Shown here: in pieces, positions 1 through 14,120 of the stretch
Position numbering within the stretch: position 1 is the first letter of the stretch
Layout of the letters: the number at the start of each line of letters is the position of its first letter
DNA from: Octopus bimaculoides
Taxonomy: Eukaryota
Direction: 5' to 3'
Length of the DNA: 64,000 bases
Assembly (NCBI RefSeq): GCF_001194135.2
Contig: NC_068992.1
Span: 60,804,582 to 60,868,581, forward strand
Made by a program: the position numbers and the translations under genes
The notes under the pieces: generated by a model
Database searches by the model: none
What the model was told of the DNA's origin: nothing
The model's input: only the letters and a program-made list of their open reading frames with translations

Positions 1-1359
1 CATATTTAGTGGTTTCGTTTGGTAATGCTTAAGACATCAATAGCAACAACGGAAATTGTAGTTAAAATAATTCCATGATTCAACTCAAGTTAATTATACT
101 AATACGTGACGCATATCCTTGTAATTCCCTTTCTCCGGTTTACGGCTGCATAAACATTTCACAGCTCACATTTCACTAACAGCTCACATTTCATTGAATA
201 AAATCAGTGAAAGAAGGCAAGCTGTTGAGAGAGCTTAGAAGTAATTTCATAAATTTCGAAAAATTTCTTTTAAATTTTGTTTTATTATTATCTAAAAGAC
301 GTGCTGATTTTCACATTTAACATTTCAAATAAATCACATTCTGCTTGTAAATTAACAATTGACGATTCCAAATACCCGCTCTGTTTTTATGATTTAGTAT
401 TCTTTCACTCAGTAATTCCGAAGTGTTTCGTCCTTTATAATCCAAAGTGTTTATTTCCTTTTAAGCGAGGTTTACTCTCTCGCTTAAAAACAAAACACAA
501 CGTGCTTTCTTTTTCTTACATCAGCATGAAATTAGAATGAGTGCATATAAACTGAAAATATTTCTCACACGTATTCATGTCCGACCGAATTATCTCCCTT
601 AAGGCCACTATCCAATTTGCATTCGTATCTTGCGAGGACTGTTAAAAAAATTGAAGTGTATCATTAAGAATTAAATCAAAACAAGAAGAAAGTTGCTATA
701 CATATTGAGATTGACTATGTATAGTATGCAGTAATTGTCAGAACATAACATCCATAGATAACATTTAATTCTCACTGGCATAGTTATCTTAACAGCAAAC
801 TATCGTAGAAGTGGAACGCAACACTGGAAACCAGTAGAAATACTTTATATTCAGAGTGCTTTTTGTGTATCTTTCGTTTCTAGATCAGGGTTAGAACATA
901 ACGGTACGTCAAAACCAATATATTACTTCTGAAGTCTTCTACAATATTATCAGAAGTGGCTTACATACATGTAATTGTAACAAGCAGATTCAAGACAATG
1001 AATGAGTGTCTACGTCATTGCTTTGTCTGTTAGAAATAGAGGCCAAAAATCTTTCAAATCATATACCCTATCATTTATACAAAAACCAAGAAGACATTGC
1101 TCAGCAGATAGTATTTCGAGATGTAAAAAAGATAGTAGGATCATGGTTGGAATGCTTTTGATCAAACATAGGTTAACTATATCAAGGCCTACTAGGAGTT
1201 CAACAACATGAACAATGATAATTCAATATTTAACATTCATGAATAATATGTGTACATAAAGTAATGGCTTTTCAAACCTGTCTTGAAGATGCCCTTCCAT
1301 GATTTACTAAACCTACCTAAGGGGACATGATTCCATTATCATTATTATTTTTTGTAGCC

Positions 1360-1480
1360 CACCGAGGTCGACTTTGCCTTTCATCCTTTCGTGGTCGATA
1401 AATTGAGTACCAGTTGCGTACTAGGGTCGATTTAATCGACTGGCCCCCTCCCCTAAAATTTCGGTCCTTGTGCCTATTAT
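1360..1480 (+). mobile_element. 3' fragment of tRNA-derived SINE family A (OK-like)
   Basis: CCGAGGTCGACTTTGCCTTTCATCCTTTCG..GTCGATAAATT core nearly identical to the copy at 41820-41930. Confidence 0.85.
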
Positions 1481-2578
1481 TTTTGTCGCAAAAACATAAT
1501 GTTCTAGGCATAGAGAAAGGATTTTACAGACAGAACTATTAGGAAACCACGAAGCCTCATGTTTTTTCAGTTCATCTTGTTAAAACTGGTGAAATAAGAC
1601 CAAGATTTTTTTTCCTTCTGCGAGAATTTTGGCTTTTGAAATTAGTATGTGTCTGCAGGCTGTTGATAAGTGAATGCTAGCTGTTGTAGACTATAGTGAT
1701 ATTTGCTATATGTCATCAACTAATGTAGGTAATGAATAAAACCTCTTTGACAATATCTATAAATTTCTCGCCAGTGTGTTCTGCTTCCCTGTGAAGTTCC
1801 CATGCACCACTGTATTTTATTTACAAGCGAACGAGACAACCGCAATGTGGTCAATCGGCTCACAAAATATAACCAACCAAACTTCGTTCAAACTATATAT
1901 TACCGGCTTTAATAAAGGATAAATTTGACTATGTATTTCCTAATATACAAAGTGTGAGGATATTCAACTTGGAACATCATTGGTCATAGGTCTACTCGAT
2001 CATAGACAACATGGCACCAAGTACACTTCTCGAAAATAACAACTGCACTTGTCAGACAGCATTTCAGACCTACTGCGTGTGGATGTGATGGACCTTGTTT
2101 AAAATCCCGAATCTGATCACTCTAGTCAATAAATCAATCATCAACCAAATTATGTGACCTCTGCTCATGGCTTGCTCGTCAGAAGAAATTTAACCCATTG
2201 AAGAAAGCAAAGCTGTAATTGATTAAATCTTGTTTCTAATCATTATTAAAATGTTATTTCTATGCCAATATAATGCTATGACATTCTTTGTTGTTAAGAA
2301 GAAAAACAATTTGTAGAATGAATCTTACCGGGTAATATTCGTTACAAATTGCACAAGCTCAAGATATTTTAGGATTCAGGAGAGACCTTAGTTGATTATG
2401 TCTAGAAATTCAGGATATTAGTAGTGAAGAAATCAAACCCGACAGAACTTCATAGCCAGTAGGATCGGCAATGGAAGCTTTCTCGATCAAATCAAACTTG
2501 AGTGAGAAAAAGGATATGTTATATCTAGCGGAAAAACTCATTTCATAACAATTTGATATGCTGCACATTTTCATCATA

Positions 2579-2613
<35 letters not shown>

Positions 2614-3174
2614 TTTGGTGTTTGATATAAGTTTCTCAGGATCAAAGAGTTCACAAGGGAAATCAACGTTAAAGTCTAAGAAAATCGCGCATGCCTACTG
2701 ATTTATATAATAATGATGATATTGGGTTGCTTAATAATAAAGCTGTATATTTAGCTTACAGACCAGAGTGAGACTAAGTTCAATTCTTTGTCTTTTCATC
2801 AACAGAGGCAACCATTAATAGTTAATCAACCATATTAAACACAAGACATGAGGAAATAACGGTCGTGGTTTTCATGGTTGTAGAGAAAGCATTATAAATG
2901 TAATAAAGTTCCTTCTATTGAGAGTCGAAATTGAGCTAAAAACTTTTACATATGATTCAGACAATGTATAACATTTTTTATTTTATTTTTTTTTATATAA
3001 AAAATGTCATTAAAGTATTTTATCACAAAGAGAGCCGAACTGCAAGCATGTATCTTACTATTTTCTCTTCTTTCCACTTTATTAATTTCAGTCACTGAAC
3101 TGTGACTATATTCAACGGTTTTCTGTTTTTGGTTTGTTTTATGGGATCGAAGTGTCAAGTAGATTAGAGAAGAT

Positions 3175-3300
3175 CCGTGACCTAGTTGTTACATAACTTG
3201 GCTCCCGCTCATGAGGTCATGGATTCGAATCCGGATCCGGGATGCACATCATTTGCTTAGTCAAGATACTTTTCTTCACGTATCTCTTGTCCACTCAACC
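3175..3300 (+). mobile_element. Decayed tRNA-headed SINE
   Basis: A-box-like TGACCTAGTTGTTA and B-box-like GGATTCGAATCC followed by a decayed body. Confidence 0.45.
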
Positions 3301-3423
3301 AGAAAAAAGACAAGTCCTAAGACAGACAAAGCGGAAGTCAGAGTCAAGTTAGCGCAGCAGCGTTAACGAGTCAGTGGTCCATTTCAAATCTCAGATATAT
3401 AAATATGTATATATATGTAAGTC

Positions 3424-3482
3424 TATGTGTGTGTGTGTGTATACTCACATATGTGCGTATGCATATGTATGTGTGTGTGTAT

Positions 3483-3553
<71 letters not shown>
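3424..3553. repeat. Compound (TG)n/(CA)n/(TA)n microsatellite running into an assembly gap (3554-4044)
   Basis: Directly visible. Confidence 0.95.
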
Positions 3554-4864
3554 NNNNNNNNNNNNNNNNNNNNNNNNNNNNNNNNNNNNNNNNNNNNNNN
3601 NNNNNNNNNNNNNNNNNNNNNNNNNNNNNNNNNNNNNNNNNNNNNNNNNNNNNNNNNNNNNNNNNNNNNNNNNNNNNNNNNNNNNNNNNNNNNNNNNNNN
3701 NNNNNNNNNNNNNNNNNNNNNNNNNNNNNNNNNNNNNNNNNNNNNNNNNNNNNNNNNNNNNNNNNNNNNNNNNNNNNNNNNNNNNNNNNNNNNNNNNNNN
3801 NNNNNNNNNNNNNNNNNNNNNNNNNNNNNNNNNNNNNNNNNNNNNNNNNNNNNNNNNNNNNNNNNNNNNNNNNNNNNNNNNNNNNNNNNNNNNNNNNNNN
3901 NNNNNNNNNNNNNNNNNNNNNNNNNNNNNNNNNNNNNNNNNNNNNNNNNNNNNNNNNNNNNNNNNNNNNNNNNNNNNNNNNNNNNNNNNNNNNNNNNNNN
4001 NNNNNNNNNNNNNNNNNNNNNNNNNNNNNNNNNNNNNNNNNNNNATATATATATATATATATATATAGAATATTTGTCTTATTTTTATTTCCATTTTGTA
4101 ATATATTGCAGAGCAGACTCCTTTTCTCCCTCTCTTTCTCTACCTCCCTCCCTCCCTTTCTCTCTCTTAGACGCTGTCTTTCAACTTACACACGTACACA
4201 ACATATACACGCACACATGCATGCACACACACGCAAAACGCGCGCGGGCGCACACTTACATATTTTGCTGTATATGCATACGTATTTGCATGTGTAGACC
4301 TATATAATGCATTTTTACATTCGATTTTTTTTTCATATATTTTATCATTAAATAATACATGGTTAATTTGGATAATAAAATACGTCTGTGTGATTTATGA
4401 TTCTCAATTCGCAAAATAAAACCCAATGAACATCCATTTTTTCTCCCGTTTATCTTAAAGTGCAAGATGTTGATTTTTTGCCTTTTACAGCAACATGAAA
4501 CAAAAAGAATTTTCTTTCTTTATTTAAAAGCTATCGTTATGTTAGATACACGTCATATATTACTTTTAAGTAATTAATATGAGAGTTTATCTTCGACTGA
4601 TCTTTAGTTGCTTAGTTACCCATTCCTGTATATTAGCTAAAGGGAACATAAAGTGGATCCAGAGGGTTAATGATAAATTTAGTCGTCTTTTTTTTCACAT
4701 TATGATTTTCTTATTAGCATCACTTCAAGTCTGCCTCGCGCCTATAGAATATTGTGGTCAAAACTCATCCGGGTTTTCAAGATATTTAGGCTAAAAACAT
4801 TTCCTGAACAGGATGTCAGTTCATTGCATGTCTAACCCCAAGATATCTCTGCTACTCCTTTTCA

Positions 4865-4960
4865 GCTGAGTTTGCTGGAGCAATGTGAAACGAAGTCTTT
4901 TGTTTAAGAAAACAACGCGATCGTATTCAGCACCCCTTAACCACTAGGCTACACGCTCTA
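4865..4960 (-). mobile_element. Decayed ancient SINE (family D) fragment
   Basis: GGAGCAATGTGAAACGAAGTCTTTTGTTTAAGAAAACAACGC...TTAACCACTAGGCTAC matches copies at 14780, 23490, 48930 and 60300. Confidence 0.55.
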
Positions 4961-5739
4961 AGAGCGTCACTTTATTTTATAAATTCACTGACTAGCTAAG
5001 GAGTAGGGATGCGCATGCTCACTGCACCTTCTAAAAGAGTTCAGTTAAATTTTCCCCAAGTAACACCACCCTTTTAGAAAATGAAGAACACATTGGATTT
5101 TATATAACTAGAAAATCCATTCCTTTTCTTCCTCAGACTTCGTGCATGGTTGAGAAAAAAGTACAGACAAATAAACACAGCTGGAATGTCTGTGATTGCA
5201 TGTTTCCTCATAGAAAGATGTCCAGTAAACAGATGACTTCAAATTCACCGCTACTTCACTTCACTATATATATCACCCATTTCATATCGATGATATATTT
5301 TCTATCATTGGAATATATTTGAAATAATAGAATTTCTTTAGAGGAATATTCCATCCTCATTTAATAAGGAAACGCTGAGTTTCCACTGAAATTATAATCG
5401 AAAGATGAATGACTCCCATAAGTTTACACACACACGCACACACGCACACATGCGCACATACGTTTGTGTATATNNNNNNNNNNNNNNNNNNNNNNNNNNN
5501 NNNNNNNNNNNNNNNNNNNNNNNNNNNNNNNNNNNNNNNNNNNNNNNNNNNNNNNNNNNNNNNNNNNNNNNNNNNNNNNNNNNNNNNNNNNNNNNNNNNN
5601 NNNNNNNNNNNNNNNNNNNNNNNNNNNNNNNNNNNATATATACACAAACGTATGTGCGCATGTGTGTGAGCGTGTGTGTACGCAGGCGCGCGGGCGTGTG
5701 TGTGTATCTAATTGTGCATTCTCTGACGCTCGATGATGA

Positions 5740-5835
5740 ACGGTTGTGTGATTAAGAGCTTTCCTTCGCAACCACATATTTTGAGGTTCGATCCCAACGG
5801 GCAGTTTCTTGGGCTGGTGTCTGCTGCTATAGCCA
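5740..5835 (+). mobile_element. Decayed 5' head of SINE family B
   Basis: GGTTGTGTGATTAAGAGCTT..CAACCACAT..GGTTCGATCCCA..CTTGGGC resembles the head at 21787. Confidence 0.55.
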
Positions 5836-7092
5836 TAAAATTGTCAGAACGGTTTCTGTAGTGCCAGAACATCACGAGTTAGCTGTTTTGTCTCGCATTG
5901 TAATTATTGCACTGCTTACTATAGTATGTGAACCAGCGACATTTTCGTCCCTAGAGTGATCTTTCTATCCGACAGTCTCCAACACAATACCTTGCGAGTT
6001 ACGATATAAGCTTCACTTTTAAGGGTTATCGATACTTCTGTCAAGTGACGATAAGCAGATAAAAAAATAGTGAGTTGATGCGAAATGATAGAAGTCAAGT
6101 CCCAAGACAGAACGACTTATTAATTGCAGAGTTTACTACCAGTCTAATATCAATATTCAGTGATCTTTCGACGATCTTTGATTATTTTTTTGTCTTTCTA
6201 TTAATTCCTCGACTTACTAGTGCTTACTATGAGACAAACAAGAAAATGAAGACTAATGCAGCTTGATAGCTAACTCCTACATTAAATCAACATTCCAGTT
6301 AAGTGTCTGTTATTACCTCTTTCCTTGACAGATATGATAGATTAATAATAATGCGTTGGGAGAAAACTGCATCAATTAAATTGATAAATTCATGTCTTCC
6401 TTCAAATTATCTGTCCAAACAAATATGATTTCTTTCACTGACACGAGGTTATTCACTTAGAGAAGTTGCTAATGGAGGAGATTAAGGGAGGCGTTTAATC
6501 GATTGAATTGACCAATCCATAACATCGTTTGTGTGCATTTGGTTAACCCTAGAGAGTTGATGACAGACAGAGAATAGAAACATGAACAGGTCGTTAATAG
6601 AGAAGGTAAAAAGAGAGAAAGACCAAATACAATTGTTTTACAATCTATGTCAATTCACTGGCGATATTTTATTAATGAAAGTGTGATATTTAAGCTTCCT
6701 ATTTATGCTTGATGTTGTAGAGTGATATTCTAACTTCATAAACTATGGGCGCTGAATCCATCGTTCACAGCTGTTCTTATATTTAAACAACAAATAATAA
6801 ATTTGCTGATGTGTGCGAAGCTTTGCCAATAACCACAGTGGTGCGATTTTCATACACGTTGTCTTCGGGAGACTTTGTCTCCAAGGGCACTTTCCGCAGA
6901 GAAGGTCTTTGTACGTCTAAGTGTACACGAAAATCTTAAATACGCACATATTTTAAACATTGCTTCTTAGTGTGCCTCTGGTTAATAAATTCCAACTTAA
7001 GAGAGCTTTTTCACGCATCAGTAAATTTGCTATTTAGTTCGGAAATTTAAGAACATCAGTTCTTATCACGCTATGAACGATAGGTTCAGTGT

Positions 7093-7137
7093 CTGCAGCT
7101 GATGAAGCGTAACGAAACAGAAACGCGTGTCCTATAG
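7093..7137 (+). ncRNA. Degenerate minimal type-I hammerhead ribozyme-like motif (Penelope-type)
   Basis: CTGATGA (7099-7105)...GAAAC-GCGT-GTC (7120-7131); stem I CTGCAG/CTATAG pairs 5 of 6; stem II is poorly paired. Confidence 0.5.
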
Positions 7138-7677
7138 TCCGATGACATCATTCATCGCCCAGCTGAATATTTTCCCAACAAAGGTCATTCCGTTTTTGAG
7201 TGAACACTAACATATTAAATATAATCGTGCACACCTATATTTTAAGCATCATTAGTAAACCTGTATTTTTAAACATCGATACAAATTTTGTTCTCAATCG
7301 AAAATGAAAATTATATTGCGACATATGCTTAAGGAAAGTATGTATTTTTATAATGAGAATTATATAATGAATTATATAATTAATGAATTATATGATTATT
7401 TCATTATATAATGAAAATTATATAATCATACATAATTTTGCTAAAGAAGTACAGTATTACATTGGTTCTGTTATTCATCTGAATATTTTTAATTTATTTT
7501 CAGTTCCATCCCTTTCGAGCCAACGAATGAATCAAGTGTCTATATGCTCGCTCTACATGTTAGAAATAGCAAAGAAATCTCCTTCAAAGATATTCTGTCT
7601 TACCAAATGGACAGGTATTAGATATTTTCGTCTCTCGGGTGTTGCAGCACACCCAATACGACAAACTCCATGCACCA

Positions 7678-8068
7678 CTGCTAAATAACAGCAACATTCG
7701 TCCTAACCAGGACTACCACGTTATGTTGGCAAATAATCTTTATTCTAGAGTACTATTACTGAATGTTTCTCGCGAGAGATTTAGAAATAATAATTTTTTC
7801 TATTCATTAGTATGTGAATGTGTGTCACTTTAAAAATTATAAATTTCGAACTAGCGTTTAGCAGTGCCATCTCTAGCCAAGCTAGCTGACGAAGTGAAAC
7901 AACCACGAGACCGCGGTACGCAGATATTGCTTTGTGCTGAGAGGTGATGCTAAACACCTTTGTTCGAAAATATAAGGACACAGATAGTGGGTCGTATAAC
8001 CAGCTGGAGACGAGGTTTCCTGTAGCTAAATAACAGTAACATTCATCCTAACCAGGACTGCCACATTA
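7678..8068 (+). repeat. ~50-bp imperfect direct repeat (7678-7728 and 8023-8068)
   Basis: GCTAAATAACAG(C/T)AACATTC(G/A)TCCTAACCAGGACT(A/G)CCAC in both copies; the second ends at a 10-N gap. Confidence 0.85.
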
Positions 8069-8179
8069 NNNNNNNNNNAATTTGAAATCTACATAAAAGA
8101 AAAACCTAACGAAGTAAACAAGCATATTTATCTACTAAAATTGATGATGTCACTGCATATTTAAAGAACAAAAACTGCA

Positions 8180-8860
8180 GACAAGAACTCTACGTTATGC
8201 TTAAAAGATAACTAAAGAATAAAGACTACAGATAATAATTCTACGTAATGTTTAATAGAAACTTACATACTTTATGTCACAATGATTAATTACCCATTCA
8301 TTTATTTATTTAAGATAATAAACCCTTCTATAGGAATTAGCCTTATTTTATGATAATTTATGAATTATCATATTCAACAACATATACAACCACCGTGGAT
8401 CACACTGGGTAATTAAAAAATAAAAATTACAGAAAAGACAACGAAATATCTATTTATTCATTATGATAAACTCTTATATAGGAATTAACCTTATTTTATA
8501 ATAATTGAAAAAATATCATAATAAATAATAATATATACGATTATTGATGACTATGTTAGATAACTAAAGAATAAAAATAACGGATAAATTACCTATTTAT
8601 TTTTATACTATACCCTATTAAAGGAATTAAGATTATTATATAATAATTGAAAAATTACTATAATTAGTAATATATATAATTCTCGTTGGATAATTAAAAG
8701 AATAAGAATTATAGATAAGAATTCTACATTATGCTTACTTGAAGCTTAGATACTTTATATCGCTATAATTAATTACTTACTCATTATATTAAGCACTTTA
8801 ATAATAATGAACCTTATTATATAAGGATTAATTAAAAGGCTACTATAATTAATAATTGAA
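8180..8860. repeat. Very AT-rich degenerate tandem repeat (about 4 units of 130-200 bp)
   Basis: GATAA(C/T)TAAAGAATAA-like motif at ~8208, 8409, 8559, 8688; ATAGGAATTA.CCTTATTTTAT.ATAATT-like motif at ~8325, 8475, 8615, 8810. Confidence 0.75.
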
Positions 8861-10715
8861 ATATCTGAATGTCTTTCTAAATTTATGGCAACATTTTAGA
8901 GTTAAGTGCCCATTAAAATTCAATAAAACTAATTTAGAAGTAATTGTAAAATATATTTCTTCGAGGCAAAGATCACAAGTAGAATTATCAATGTTAAATG
9001 ATGGTGCATAACTAATAATGGACCACTTTAAATCATGTTTAAAATTCTTATCCTTTAAATTCCAAATGCATTTACTAAGATTAGTAAATTACTTCTATAT
9101 TTAAAGGAATTAGAATGATTATAAAATCTAGATTTCCAACTAGTAGCAGAAAAACCAATATAGCAACACTTACGATGTCTAGTTATTACTTCACATTAAT
9201 ATACTATATTCTTCTTTAAACACTGATTTCCTAAAGGGCATCGACTTTTGTTTACACAACTGCACATTGATTTGTTCCCTTGTAAACTGTCTTCATAGTT
9301 ATAAGAATTTCTACTAGCATATGTCTGTAAAATAAGTATTAAGGTTGGATTATAATTATCATTATTATTAGAATTAATATTAATACAAGGTATAAGACTA
9401 ACTATAAAAAAGTGCTTTGTTATGTAACGCCGGAACAGTGCGTGAAGATAAAAAGCAAACTACAAGATGAAAAGGAAAAGAAAACAAAACACGTTTTCAG
9501 TTTTACTTTGTATTTCTATATTTAGGGGTTATGAACCCTTCTTCAGGACATTTGGAAAAAAAGCGATCCGTAGAAAAGTCATTGCTCTTGATAAACCCTT
9601 GCCGCAAATGTTTAACGCGACTTCATTTTGTCGCTTATACAACGCTCACAAACCAGTCTTGACATTTCTTCATCTTCAGGTTATATTTTCCATATCTACC
9701 ATCTCTGGAGAGTACGCGTATTTAGATAACCATTCTGTAATATAATATCCTGTTATCTAATACCCAGCACGAAACAGATTGGTAACATCGGCTGAAATGG
9801 ATTTGTATCATGGTATATACATATGTGTATATAAGTGTATATATTATATGTATGTATAGAATCTTCCGGAGATACAAAAATATTCCCAAATTACGCAATT
9901 CCAAAATCTAGAATCATGAGATAATGATATAATCTACTAATTGATAAAACAATGTTAACTGAGACATAATAAATTAGGTGTAGGTGACAAGAGACAATTA
10001 AGATTTTAATTATGTATCAAGTTTTTATGACACCTTGAGCAGATACTCTGCAATATTGTTCATCGTTAATGGGCCGCTTGTGGTTTCAGGCAACTATATT
10101 TAACCGGAATCGAAGTTAATGGACGTATGTGTGTATATATATATATATNNNNNNNNNNNNNNNNNNNNNNNNNNNNNNNNNNNNNNNNNNNNNNNNNNNN
10201 NNNNNNNNNNNNNNNNNNNNNNNNNNNNNNNNNNNNNNNNNNNNNNNNNNNNNNNNNNNNNNNNNNNNNNNNNNNNNNNNNNNNNNNNNNNNNNNNNNNN
10301 NNNNNNNNNNNNNNNNNNNNNNNNNNNNNNNNNNNNNNNNNNNNNNNNNNNNNNNNNNNNNNNNNNNNNNNNNNNNNNNNNNNNNNNNNNNNNNNNNNNN
10401 NNNNNNNNNNNNNNNNNNNNNNNNNNNNNNNNNNNNNNNNNNNNNNNNNNNNNNNNNNNNNNNNNNNNNNNNNNNNNNNNNNNNNNNNNNNNNNNNNNNN
10501 NNNNNNNNNNNNNNNNNNNNNNNNNNNNNNNNNNNNNNNNNNNNNNNNNNNNNNNNNNNNNNNNNNNNNNNNNNNNNNNNNNNNNNNNNNNNNNNNNNNN
10601 NNNNNNNNNNNNNNNNNNNNNNNNNNNNNNNNNNNNNNNNNNNNNNNNNNNNNNNNNNNNNNNNNNNNNNNNNNNNNNNNNNNNNNNNNNNNNNNNNNNN
10701 NNNNNNNNNNNNNNN

Positions 10716-10825
10716 AGAGGAGGAGGAAGAGGAGGAGGAAGAGGAGGAGGAAGAGGAGGAGGAAGAGGAGGAGGAAGAGGAGGAGGAAGAGGAGGAGGAA
10801 GAGGAGGAGGAAGAGGAGGAAGAGG
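10716..10825. repeat. (GAGGAGGAGGAA)n simple repeat after the gap 10149-10715
   Basis: Directly visible; source of the poly-E/poly-S pseudo-ORFs. Confidence 0.95.
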
Positions 10826-12028
10826 ACAACGAGTGGAGACTAACTAAATGTATGAAACTCAGTACTTGACTAGCAGTTCTCAAGCTAAAAAGGGAAAGAA
10901 CGCTTCCATGTAGTGGATAGATTTTCTACAAATAGCAACGAAAGCTTCCACAAAATCATGCTCCACATTGTCTTAGAAATAAATTCTAATTGGTACTTTA
11001 CAGTGGTAAGAAACTCTCAGGATAGCTGAACAGCACAAAGTCTTCTGAGAAGAAACCCTTCTCAGGCAATTGTTTCGGCCCTTAACTTCTTACATTTTAA
11101 GGGGGCGGGTCGCATTCATGTCATGACTACAGATTGCCCTTCTGCTGACACTTTTTAGCTACTTGGATATTGGAGACTCGTGCGTTTAAACTGTTTGGAA
11201 ATTTCATATAGAAGTAACTCCTCTCAAGTTAACTCAGCTTTCAAACTTATTACACTTAAAGAAGAAATAACGTTAGTTGTCATGGAAGCGGTGAAACGTC
11301 AACGCTATCACAATGACACACTTAGAGTTACTTCCCTTGGCATTAAAATACAAATTTTATCGCCTTCAAGCGGTATGAGAATCATTTTTGTTCCTCCTCG
11401 AAAAAAGTCCTCAGTACACTACATAAGGAAAAGCAAACGTGATAGTCTCTGAATGGCTGGAGAACTTCTGATCAATGCCCTATTGTGTTACAATTGAACT
11501 TATGCTAAACAAAATCGGGAACAACTAGGTATATGGTTTTTGCAACACTATTACACGAGTTCAGGCAACACTGCAGGTGTGTATCAAGATTATATTAAAT
11601 ATCAAAAAAATAATTATACTTCGATAAACATTCATAGCTTGTATGTAGTTTTGCGGGAAATGTCATGCGCATAAATTTAAATAGTTGTTAGCAAGAATTA
11701 AATCTTGGGGAATAGCCCTTTAAAATGAATAAATTTACAAGAATTAGCATTTTCTTTCGTTTTCAAGGCAGGAAACCTAAATATTCTTTACTTACTTTTC
11801 TTCTTTTGAATTTAGATCTAAATTCATTTTCTGGATGTTGCAGGTCGAAGCTTATACCACGTGACGATTTCTTTCCTTTACCTACATTTGCTGATAGGAG
11901 AGTTCCCGGCGAACTTTTCCATTTGCAAATCGAGTTCTGAACAAGAATTGCATCGTATATTTTTAAAGCAAATCAATATTTACTTGCAAAAATGTGTTTT
12001 GTAATGCATAACATCGAAACATACACAT

Positions 12029-12080
<52 letters not shown>

Positions 12081-12589
12081 ATGTGTATGTGTGTGTGAGT
12101 GTGTGTATGTGTGTGTGCAAGTATGCATGTATACACTATCATATATGTAAATATATATATGTAGTATATAAACGCTATAATAAGCGCAAACATATCTGTA
12201 TATAAATGCCTAAACATTGAATATATATTTATAATTAACGTTCATATATACATGCATAGATTTAAATACGTAATCACTCATAATTACTCATGCACGTATG
12301 CAAACACCAAACGCTTGCGTGGCAGCTTATATTCTACATGTGTGCGTGTGTTTCTGTGTATGTGTGTGTACGCGAGAAAGTATGTGCGCGCGCGAGCGTG
12401 TGTGGTGTATATATATATAAACGTGCATTTGTGTATGTATTTACGTGTATATATGTATATATATATATATTTATATATGTACATATATATGCATCGATAT
12501 ATATGTGTGTGTATGGGTTTGTGTCTGTGTGCGTGTGTATGTGTGTATGCATTTATTTATATAAGTATATATGAATAATGTGTAAATAT

Positions 12590-12623
<34 letters not shown>

Positions 12624-13464
12624 GCCGTCTCAGTGGTTATAGGCACATCCGTATTCCTGTATACATATACACATGTAGATATCCATAAGTATATATACAT
12701 ATAAATATATACACACATGTATATATATCCATAAGTGTGTGTATATATAAATATATCATGTCGTCTAAATGGCTGTAGATAAACATCAACTTAAAAGTTA
12801 ATGAAAATCTATTTTGTGTTCGTTTTTTATTTTATGGTCGGTCGTGTCAAGTTAATGAAAAATAAAATCTATGAATATCAACGTTAATAAAACTTACTTT
12901 CAGATATTGAATTTTCTCCATACCTCCACATACGTACACACACACACATACACACACACACACACAGACACCGATACACACGCACGCACACACATACACA
13001 CACACTACAGCTTAATTTCTTTTAAATGGTACTTACAGCGGTATTTTCATTTTCATATCGGCTAAGAACGAATAGAGTCTCTGTTGCTATTTTTGAGACG
13101 TTATATTACATGACCTCCAACTATCCCACCTCCCTCCCGGCCATCGCCGTCGTCACCACCAGACTTTCGCATGCTATTGGTTGTTTCTCATACTTACAGT
13201 TCCTTATGCAATGTAAAATATATAATACCATATTGCGTATTAGAAGCTGTTTTAAAATTTCGTTATAAATTTCATCTTCAAATAAACATTCTGTTTGTAT
13301 GTTGGGGTGGGTGGGGTTGTTCTTTTTTTAGACATTTGCAATGTCTCGAATCCCCACCTTAGACGTATGAACGTTGTTTTTACTTTCGTTTTCTCTAATG
13401 TACAGGATCACTTGACGAAGTAATAATATATATGCGCGCATAGAGACACAGACATAGATAGACC

Positions 13465-13542
13465 GATAGCTAGCTAGCTAGCTAGCTAGCTAGCTAGCTA
13501 GCTAGATAGATAGATAGATAGATAGATAGATACATACATACA

Positions 13543-13572
<30 letters not shown>
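13465..13572. repeat. Compound (TAGC)n(TAGA)n(TACA)n tetranucleotide repeat
   Basis: Directly visible. Confidence 0.95.
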
Positions 13573-13573
<1 letters not shown>

Positions 13574-13929
13574 CGCTTATCTTTTACTTGTTTCAGTCAA
13601 TCTGTTGCAGCCATTCTGATATACTACCTTAAAGACAGAGGCAAGTGAGGGAACAACAAGATGGGTTAGTTTGAGCTCAGGAAAAATGAAGAAGTCTCTG
13701 AAAAGGTATTTTTCCATGTTGTTATTATTATTATTATTATTATTATTCAGTAGTTTTATTTTTATAACGTGCTTTCACTTCACTACCGAGCGCAGCTCTG
13801 TGCGCCTTGGGTATGTGCTGTGGTTTGCTGTGGTGCTCTTATGTTTACTGTATTGAAAGTGTTNNNNNNNNNNNNNNNNNNNNNNNNNNNNNNNNNNNNN
13901 NNNNNNNNNNNNNNNNNNNNNNNNNNNNN

Positions 13930-14015
<86 letters not shown>

Positions 14016-14065
14016 TGATGATGATGATGATAATAATAGCAACAACAAAAACAACAACATCAACA
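13930..14065. repeat. (AAT)n(GAT)n(AAC)n trinucleotide tract
   Basis: Directly visible. Confidence 0.95.
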
Positions 14066-14074
14066 TTTCCCCAA

Positions 14075-14120
14075 GACACCTGATGAAGGCTGGAGAGTAT
14101 ATCAGCCGAAACGTTGCGTT
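14075..14120 (+). ncRNA. Minimal type-I hammerhead ribozyme motif (Penelope-like element terminus)
   Basis: GACAC-CTGATGA-A-GGCTG-gagagtatat-CAGCC-GAAAC-GTT-GCGTT: intact core, perfect 5-bp stem II, palindromic AACGTT stem III, stem I with one mismatch. Confidence 0.7.

Noticed and set aside
7504-7615. Open frame between AG and GT as an exon (SIPFEPTNESSVYML...)
   Set aside because: GTTAGAAATAG..AAATCT..CAAA also occurs near 1000-1060 and resembles 38110, so it is probably repeat-derived
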